Source of the DNA: Schmidtea polychroa
Taxonomy: Eukaryota
DNA length: 64,000 nucleotides
Reading direction: 5' to 3'
Assembly (NCBI GenBank): GCA_044892525.1
Contig: CM097887.1
Span: 87,088,397 to 87,152,396 of the forward strand
Position 1 is the first letter of the stretch. Every line of letters begins with the position of its first letter. Below, in pieces: positions 11,801 through 19,240 of the stretch. Position numbers and translations under genes: made by a program. The notes below the pieces were generated by a model, which worked only from the letters and a program-made list of their open reading frames with translations, ran no database searches and had not been told where the DNA came from.

Positions 11801-14800
11801 TCCAGAAGCATTCGCGATGCCAGACCAAAAAGCTAAAACAATCGCCAAAATTCTGGTAGAAGAGATATGTTGCCGATATGGAACACCAAAACAGATATTA
11901 ACCGATCAGGGAACTAATTTTATGAGTGAGATAATGAGCGAAGTAACAAATTACTTCAAAATAGCAAAACTAAGAACATCTCCATACCACCCTCAAACCA
12001 ATGGGATGACGGAAAGATTTAATGGAACACTTATACAAATGTTATCAAACTACGTTGACCGTCACCAACGAGATTGGGACGAATATATAAACCTATGTCT
12101 TATGGCGTACAGAATGTCGATTCACGCATCAACGAAAATGAGCCCATTCAAATTAATGTACGGAAGAGAATGTAATATGCCAATGGACCTGGAATACCAA
12201 CCACCGATATCGCAGTATATGGAGATCGATGATTATGTTACGAAATTCAAGGAAAGAATGCAAGAAATTTGGGAAACTGCGGGATTAAATATCAAGTTCT
12301 ACCAGGAAAGTTATAAAGATTTACACGATCGAAAGAAAAACGTGAAGCAACATACGTTCCAAACAGGTGATTGGGTAATGATAGAAACCCCGGAATTAAT
12401 TCCAGGAACCACAAAAAAGTTACAACGCAACGGAAAAGGACCATATGAGATCTTATTCGTAGGCGAAACTAATGTAAGAGTGAAATTGGTAAATAACCCC
12501 TTTACCAGACCAATATACGTAAACGTGGCACGATGCAAATCAATTCCAAAAACAGCCACTAGTCAACCAGAAGGCCGTACATTAACCACACGTTCGCAAA
12601 CCTACCGAATGAACATGATGCAACAACTCGCAGAACCGATCACCGGACGATTGGGTATCCAACCATCAGAAGCGGAAAAGATTGTAAAAGAGGTAAAAAT
12701 TAAAATACCTGGATGGGCGAAAGATCGATTAGATTTCGAAATATTAGGAGGATTATTGACGATGATCGAGAACTATGCAAATAGAGAAAGGACACACCCA
12801 TTATTGCGAGTAGTCAAAAGCCAATGGCCAATATTATTTACAATAACAGATCATTACGGAGACACACCATTACACAAACTCATGAAAGTAGGTAACAACG
12901 AGCAAATACTAGAAACAATAGAAGCATTTCACGACTGCAAGCGATCAACAGAACAAACAAACAACCAAGGTTACACACCATTAATGATAGCCGCAAACAG
13001 AGGCAAAACAAAAGACATTATAACCGCATTACTCGATACCGGATCGAAAATAACTACACAAGACCACGAGCGGAAAAACGCTCTACATCATGCTATCAGA
13101 GGGAGAAGTACCGAGGCGTTCACGTCATTGATGGAACTACTATCATATGAGGACAATCGGGAAGTCGGAAACATGTATGATGGATTGCTAACAGCGATCA
13201 AAGAAAAACTGACGACAATTACCGGAATATTAATTACATGGAGAAATCCAATTCGAAACGATTATATGATCAACGTAAACGAAGCGTTCACGAGAGGAGA
13301 GAACACGCTGATGAGAGAAGCTATGAAAGGACATCATTTATTCGAAATCCCGAATCAATTACTAGAACGAGGTATAAAATTCACAAATCACAAAGACGAA
13401 CAGTTAACAAAAAAGCGAATCGACACATTCGAAAAATCACTATTCCAATTTACTAACCAAGTACGACATAAATATTGGGAAACAGTAAGTGTGTTATATA
13501 TGATGGACACGATGAATAACATCCGCGAGAATTACATGGATATTATCCAAATACTTACAGCAGAGGAACGAATCAATAATCCAAACGGAAAGAAAACGAA
13601 AATAAGGTATGAGAAATCCAGGGAATCAAAGTCAACAACGAACCAAACGGTCACAAACAACGTCATCGAAACCAAATCAATGAGTATAGATCAAGAGGCA
13701 ATAATACGCAAAGCAAAAGAAGTGTTCTTTGAGGAAATGCTAGAGCTGCCAGACGAAATAATATTGTCCAAAATAATAAAAGCCGTACACACATACGCAA
13801 GAGATCAAACCACGGGTTTAGATATCGGGAAAATCAAAACCTTCTTGCCTCGAGCATTTACGATGGTAACGAAGGATTCCCGAACACCCCTACAACAAGC
13901 AATACTAGGTGCAAAAGAGAATAGAGCAATAACGATCATGAGAATCCTTGGGGAGATGGGCGAGGAAACCAACACGAAAAATGAACAAGGTGAAACCGCC
14001 ATGATGTATGCAGCTATAACGAAAATACACCCAAAAACACTCCACATCCTACATCAATCAGGATCGAAACTAGACGAAAGGTCCAATGAAGGAAATTCCA
14101 CCTTGGACTGGGCAACCATACAGCCAAACTTAGAAATGATCAGATTTATTTGCAAAAATGCGACAGAAGAAGAAGTTGAAAATATGTGCAAAAACACATC
14201 TCAGTTTCAATGGAATACGGTACGGAAAAATCTAGAAGCAATGAAATTATTATTAACCTGGAGAGTACCACCAAATAATAAATATGCGATAAATGTAAAC
14301 GAATTCTACGAAAACGGAGAAAATGCGATGGTAAAGAATACCCTAACTAAGGGGGGGACGCCTAAAATTATTTTAATAGTATTAAATAGAGAAGACCTAA
14401 AATTCACGCAAAATCAGAACGAGCAACAACGAATTGGGAAACATCGTCGTATGCAATTGAGAGAGTTAGTTAAAGAATGGAATAGAAAGAGACATGCTGC
14501 AACGGGTAGAAAAGAGTTTGAATTCGAAGCAAAATTAGCAAGAAACAGAGTGCTAACAGCATATCGCAGATTATTGAACGATATAAATGTCGAGGACGAC
14601 ATTTTAAATGACAGCAAGGGAGATAAACACGATGACAATAACGGAAAAGACCGAAAGGAGGATAAAGAGAAAAGAGAACCGGAGGAGGGTAAACCAGAAA
14701 ACAAGGATTCGGATACGAAAAGAGAGGGAAACAGCCCGAGAACCAAGACCAAAGAGGAGGAAAAATCGAATAATGGAAAACAGAGGGTATGCCTACCTTT

Positions 14801-15827
14801 CACTAACAAAGAAATAGAGACAAATATGATATTAATGATAATTATGCTTACCATGATAGAGTTAGTAACAGCTCAGGGAGGGACGAGAACGATAAAAGAA
14901 ACCAAAGAAGCGGAGAATCAAGATAGCAAAGAGGATGAACTAAAACAAGAAAAGAGAAAGCAAGCACAAGAGCAGCAGTGGGATTTAAAGGAAGAATGGG
15001 ACTTAAAGGAAAGGTGCATACTAGGAAGATGCATGTCTAGAGCGTATCAGAAACTAGTACTGATAAATGAGGACACAGAACCAATAACAGAAGTAAGAAT
15101 ACAAGAAGCATACCGAAATCGAGACGGGAAGAGAATAACGAACGTCAAAGGAAAAGAGGTACACCTAGGAAAAGGTGGTGAAGTAGTAATAACGCAGATC
15201 CAACCTAGAAAAGAGCACAAAGTCTGTATTTCAAGATTAGGACCAGGTGAGAGATGCCATCAATATGTGACGCAGCAGCAGCCGCCGAAAGAATACACGG
15301 TTTGTATCTGGAGGAATGAATCAAAAAGAGAATGCCGACGATACCCGGGGAAAAGAGGAAGGAAAAGAAAAAACCACGACGAAAAGAACGAAGGAGGAAA
15401 GCACAAGAAAACTGGTGAGGAAGCTCAGGACAACTATGTTTCGGAGGAAGAGATGGAAAAAATACAAAAGATGGCAAAGGAGGGTATGAACGAGGAAATA
15501 GCAAGAATACGGGAAATGATGAAAGGAAATGGCAAAAGAGGAAACGAGAAAAGTACAGAAGCGATATCAACATTAACCAACAAGGAAAAACCAGAGAGTA
15601 TAAGCGTGAAGCAGATGATGTGGATCAGTGGGATAATAATAACAGGGGCATTCCTAATCATAACGGGGGGAACAATAAAAATAATTAAAGATAAACGACA
15701 TCGCGGAGAACTAGAAATGACCCGAATCAGAAACTTCCAACATCGAGTGAAACGACCAAGTGATATCAAACAAGGACAGTGGGTGGAGGCCTGGAACGTT
15801 CAGCGCCCTCCAAACTCACGTATATAG
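1974..15827 (+). CDS. 4617-aa Gag-accessory-Env-Pol-ankyrin polyprotein
   Basis: Single open frame; retrotransposon gag capsid, 3x CX2CX4HX4C, DTG protease, YIDD RT, DAS RNase H, HHCC + DDE + GPY integrase and ankyrin repeats are all recognisable. The frame is also open upstream to 1629 without an ATG. Confidence 0.95.
   Translation: [4617 protein letters not shown]
3966..5640 (+). other. Three ubiquitin-like (beta-grasp) domains inside the polyprotein (~3966-4187, ~4491-4739, ~5436-5639)
   Basis: By-eye match to the ubiquitin pattern: [28 protein letters not shown]...[43 protein letters not shown]...[10 protein letters not shown], and a weaker first copy ([25 protein letters not shown]). 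No C-terminal di-Gly. Confidence 0.6.
6264..6650 (+). other. Bcl-2-like helical domain (divergent, viral-type)
   Basis: Ends in BH2-like [15 protein letters not shown] (GGW at 6630-6638), preceded by a hydrophobic helix [13 protein letters not shown] at the BH1 position. The canonical NWGR motif is absent. Confidence 0.6.
6765..8660 (+). other. env: Envelope glycoprotein, chuvirus-glycoprotein / herpes gB-like class III fusogen type, in frame upstream of the protease
   Basis: Internal signal peptide ([18 protein letters not shown]), then FTIYDC...YSLRDIEEC...YYCGQYS...DGSCNGGTY...YANNKMDF...CSLNKEIL...GEVMYTYQC...RCANEL...FVQPVTR...C..AYGPLY..W, the Cys/motif pattern of chuvirus-like glycoproteins. 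TM segment [25 protein letters not shown] at ~8487-8582. Confidence 0.8.
9150..9450 (+). other. Retroviral aspartic protease
   Basis: [23 protein letters not shown] (DTG at 9204) ... CIIGTDLM. It is followed by the dUTPase-fold-like spacer common in gypsy pol (~9510-9760). Confidence 0.93.
9960..11215 (+). other. Reverse transcriptase and RNase H (Ty3/gypsy type)
   Basis: [51 protein letters not shown], YIDD (10422-10433), FLGHIVS. RNase H: [40 protein letters not shown]. Confidence 0.97.
11490..12540 (+). other. Integrase (HHCC, DDE core, GPY/F tail)
   Basis: YHDGRLGGH...CLTC; [37 protein letters not shown]. Confidence 0.97.
12800..14340 (+). other. Two duplicated ankyrin-repeat modules C-terminal to integrase
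   Basis: [26 protein letters not shown]; then [25 protein letters not shown]. Both modules end in the shared motif L(I/L)TWRxPxxNxYxINVNExxxxGEN (~13227 and ~14247). Confidence 0.85.
14826..15827 (+). other. C-terminal type-I membrane protein segment of the polyprotein
   Basis: Signal-like [17 protein letters not shown], Cys-containing luminal part with FN3-like [15 protein letters not shown] / [36 protein letters not shown] (~15615-15686) and a basic tail. Confidence 0.55.
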
Positions 15828-15987
15828 AAAGGAATATGACTGTATATAATTGTAAAAAGTAAGTATATCTTATGTATATAACAGTACTATATCTCTATAT
15901 AAGCGCGGTATCAATATTATACAATAACGGGAATCATAAAATAAAATTAAATTTACATAAGAGTTGAAAAGTGTATATAAATTAGGA

Positions 15988-16347
15988 ATGGATCAAGGAA
16001 ATAACGAAATGAACCACAATACAGTAACTGAAGAATTATGGAAGCAACAATGTGCCGTATTAGCACAATTAGTGTCCAATTTGCAAGAACAAGGACTGAC
16101 GATGCACAGAAACCTGATCGAGAGTATGAACAGAGGATTTAGTTATTTGAAGATAATTGAAGACCAGAGGTTAAAAATCGAACAAATGCAAAGAGAGATA
16201 GAGAGGATAACCCAATATAGCCGTCGACAGGAAATTGAAATAGACCGAATGAGGGAGGAAGCGGAACAGACAGAAATAGAAGACTGGTCGGAATGGCTAA
16301 TGAATAGAGAGGAGAGCGGGCACGAAGCCGACTCTTCCGAACCCTAA
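15988..16347 (+). CDS. Accessory ORF2, small coiled-coil protein of unknown function
   Basis: Clean ORF with element-like codon bias and heptad-rich IIEDQRLKIEQMQREIERITQY. First ATG is at 15988; the track starts at TTG 15964. Confidence 0.65.
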   Translation: MDQGNNEMNHNTVTEELWKQQCAVLAQLVSNLQEQGLTMHRNLIESMNRGFSYLKIIEDQRLKIEQMQREIERITQYSRRQEIEIDRMREEAEQTEIEDWSEWLMNREESGHEADSSEP

Positions 16348-16432
16348 ACCAAACCTAGCTTAAAATGTAAATAATTGTAAATAAAATATCGAACCTGTAT
16401 CGATAAGAACTATTTGTACATATAATTATAGA

Positions 16433-17821
16433 ATGGATAAACGACAAAGAGAAGAGTTCAGAGAGATTGTCGAGCAAGTCCGAAAATCTACAACGATCAG
16501 AATACACAAACATGTTATGTGCGGAATATGTGAAAAGTTGTTAAAGGAACCTCACCAAACGCAATGTGGATGCAGAGTATGTAAAGAATGTATCAGTGAA
16601 GCAATAAAGAATAGACCACAGAGGTGCCCGGTGTGTAAAGAGACACTAATATCGAGTTTAGAAGACACTAACGAGGATAAAGCCGCAGTGAAAGACATGT
16701 TAAACACCAACCTGGGATGCAAAAATGCCCCATGCGAATGGAAAGGAGTAATATGGAAGGTAGTACGACATATGGGAGAATGTATGTACAGAATTGGCCA
16801 GTGTGAAAGGTGCCATAAAACCATTCGAGCAAGCGAAGAAAAAGAGCATCAAAGGCAGTGTGAAGAGAGATTGGAAAGATGTGAACACTGTGGAGAAATA
16901 GATACGTGGATAAATCTCACCCTCAAACATCACAATGTCCAAGAGGAGAGAGTATGTGCAGAGTTCAGTGGGGAATGCCCAAACGGATGTAACCAAGGGG
17001 AAATAATGAAGGTGGCACAGCATCTAAGGGAATGCGCAAAGAAAAGAATGACATGTGTACTAGGTAGATGGGGTTGTCAGAAACTACTACACCGAGGTGA
17101 GTTACCACATCATTTAGTAGAAAATGCTTCAACTCACGCAGAAATGTGGTCGACTGCGCTACAAGAAAGCGAAGAGAAAGTAAAACAAATGGAGATAGAG
17201 ATAACATCGTTGAAAGTGTTAGTCAAAGAACTACTAGAAGAAAGGGAAGCGTTCGAAGAAGCCCGAGCAAACATAAAGATGCAAATAAACCGAACAGAAA
17301 TCAGTAATAATCAGGCCAAGGAGCTACATCAGAAAATACGGGAAATAAATCTAAATGAGATAACCCCAACAGCACCCTACATATGGAAAATAACGGGAGT
17401 AAAAGAAAGAATACGAAAAGCAAAAACCGGAGAAGAGACAAGAATAACAAGTCCTACATTCCATTCTTGGAAAAATGGGTACAAAATGAAAATGAAGGTA
17501 TATCCCAACGGGGACGGAACCGGATTGGATACGCACTTTTCGATTTTCTTTCTGTTATGTAAAGGAGAATACGACGAAATATTAGAATGGCCGTTCCAGG
17601 CAAAAATCGATATTACTCTGATGAACAACCAAAGTATACATGAGCAAAGCTTCAAAACAACGGGGAATCAAATAGCTTACCAGAGGCCCCTCAACGAAGA
17701 AGGATCAGCAACAGGAGCACCTACGTTCATCTCACAACAAAGAGTAGAAGATATGGCGAGAAATGATACCATATATATCAAGATGACCGTGAGGAAAGAG
17801 GAGAAGGGTAGAACGGAGTAA
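16433..17821 (+). CDS. TRAF: Full-length intronless TRAF-family protein carried by the retroelement
   Basis: RING CGICEKLLKEPHQTQCGCRVCKEC...CPVC, tandem TRAF zinc fingers, coiled coil, and MATH domain YIWKI...SPTFHSWKNGYKMKMKVYPNGDG...THFSIFF...GEYDEILEWPF. Confidence 0.95.
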   Translation: MDKRQREEFREIVEQVRKSTTIRIHKHVMCGICEKLLKEPHQTQCGCRVCKECISEAIKNRPQRCPVCKETLISSLEDTNEDKAAVKDMLNTNLGCKNAPCEWKGVIWKVVRHMGECMYRIGQCERCHKTIRASEEKEHQRQCEERLERCEHCGEIDTWINLTLKHHNVQEERVCAEFSGECPNGCNQGEIMKVAQHLRECAKKRMTCVLGRWGCQKLLHRGELPHHLVENASTHAEMWSTALQESEEKVKQMEIEITSLKVLVKELLEEREAFEEARANIKMQINRTEISNNQAKELHQKIREINLNEITPTAPYIWKITGVKERIRKAKTGEETRITSPTFHSWKNGYKMKMKVYPNGDGTGLDTHFSIFFLLCKGEYDEILEWPFQAKIDITLMNNQSIHEQSFKTTGNQIAYQRPLNEEGSATGAPTFISQQRVEDMARNDTIYIKMTVRKEEKGRTE

Positions 17822-18013
17822 CCAATCGAATAATGTTGTATATAATAATCTGTATATATCGGTGTATATAACCAATAAAATATTATATAATAATAGTATG
17901 AAAACCCTAAATACGAAAACCCAAAAATGATGCGAAAATTTCCCAAGAAACAGTAAATAATAAATAAATTCCTTTTCATAATAAAAAGATTAATCGATGT
18001 CTATGATTTAGAG

Positions 18014-19069
18014 ATGACACAAGAGAAAATAACCGAAACTGCGATAGCCCCAACCAATGTCAACAAGACACAAATTCCCCGGGAACATAATAAAAAATGG
18101 AACAAAGTAATGTTCCAACTAACTAATCTCACCCGAAATCACATCGAAGAAACTAGAGAAGATGAGAATAGTCAATACCAATGGTTAATACACAACTTAA
18201 GAGCGGAAGCAGAAGCATGCAAAAGAGCATCAAAATGGGCGTCACTAGAAAATACCCGCCAAGAAGCACACAGCCACTACTTAAAGCAGCTAGTGCAGGA
18301 AGCGAGAAAAAGACTTACCGATGAGAACACCAAGCGCGAAGCGGAAAAACAAATAGAAGACAGGAAAACGATGCACTTAGTGGCAGAAGCGAGAAAATGG
18401 AAAAGACAAAACAGAGAAATGAAAAAAGAGATGAAAGAATTGCCCATGAGACTCGGATATGAAAGCGAACAAGGTAAATGGGAGGAGAATTTAATAATAA
18501 AGGAAGAATTGAAAAGGTTGAGAAAGGTCGCCGCCCGAAGCCAAACCTGGCAAACAAAGGCTATGGAGTTTGAGCGACATTTGGCAATGAAGTGCGACAT
18601 AAGAGAGCACGAGAATGCCGCAATGGAAGAGATGATAACCCAACAAGCGGGACGGGTTGTGGAATTAGTAAATCAGGTAGAAGAGATGAAAAGAGACCTT
18701 AATGGATTACAAGGATCGCTGGAACAAAGAAACATGGTCCTAGCGGGAAAAAACAGAAAATTAGAAAACGAAAGGAAAATGTACACCGAAAATATTAAAA
18801 ACTTAGAAATAGAAATTGAAAAATGGAAGGGCGACGAGAAAATCAAGGCCCTAGACAAACAGATAGAGGCGAAAGACGAAGAGACAAGGTATCTCACCTA
18901 TCTGCTCGACGAGGAATTGAACATCACTCGAGCTCTAAGAGACGAAATTAATGAGTTGAGAGCTCAAATCCCCCAATATTACCTACCATACGACCCTATT
19001 GCGATACAGTTACATCCCGCGGTCGATAGTGATGAAGGGTATGTAGGCCAGGAGGAAACCTTCGTATAA
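18014..19069 (+). CDS. Accessory ORF4, long coiled-coil protein of unknown function
   Basis: 351-aa intact ORF, E/K/R-rich heptads over most of its length, element-like bias. Confidence 0.75.
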   Translation: MTQEKITETAIAPTNVNKTQIPREHNKKWNKVMFQLTNLTRNHIEETREDENSQYQWLIHNLRAEAEACKRASKWASLENTRQEAHSHYLKQLVQEARKRLTDENTKREAEKQIEDRKTMHLVAEARKWKRQNREMKKEMKELPMRLGYESEQGKWEENLIIKEELKRLRKVAARSQTWQTKAMEFERHLAMKCDIREHENAAMEEMITQQAGRVVELVNQVEEMKRDLNGLQGSLEQRNMVLAGKNRKLENERKMYTENIKNLEIEIEKWKGDEKIKALDKQIEAKDEETRYLTYLLDEELNITRALRDEINELRAQIPQYYLPYDPIAIQLHPAVDSDEGYVGQEETFV

Positions 19070-19240
19070 GGGTGGATGAAAAAAAATGAAAAACCAAAAA
19101 CCGGGAAGTATATCCCAAACAAAAAAAATTAAAGTATTGTAAAAGTATTCAAAGGACTGTAACCCAAACTATTAAATTTTATATCAATGTATACGTATAA
19201 GTCGCACTATAGCGCATCATTAACTGTACATATTATAGAT

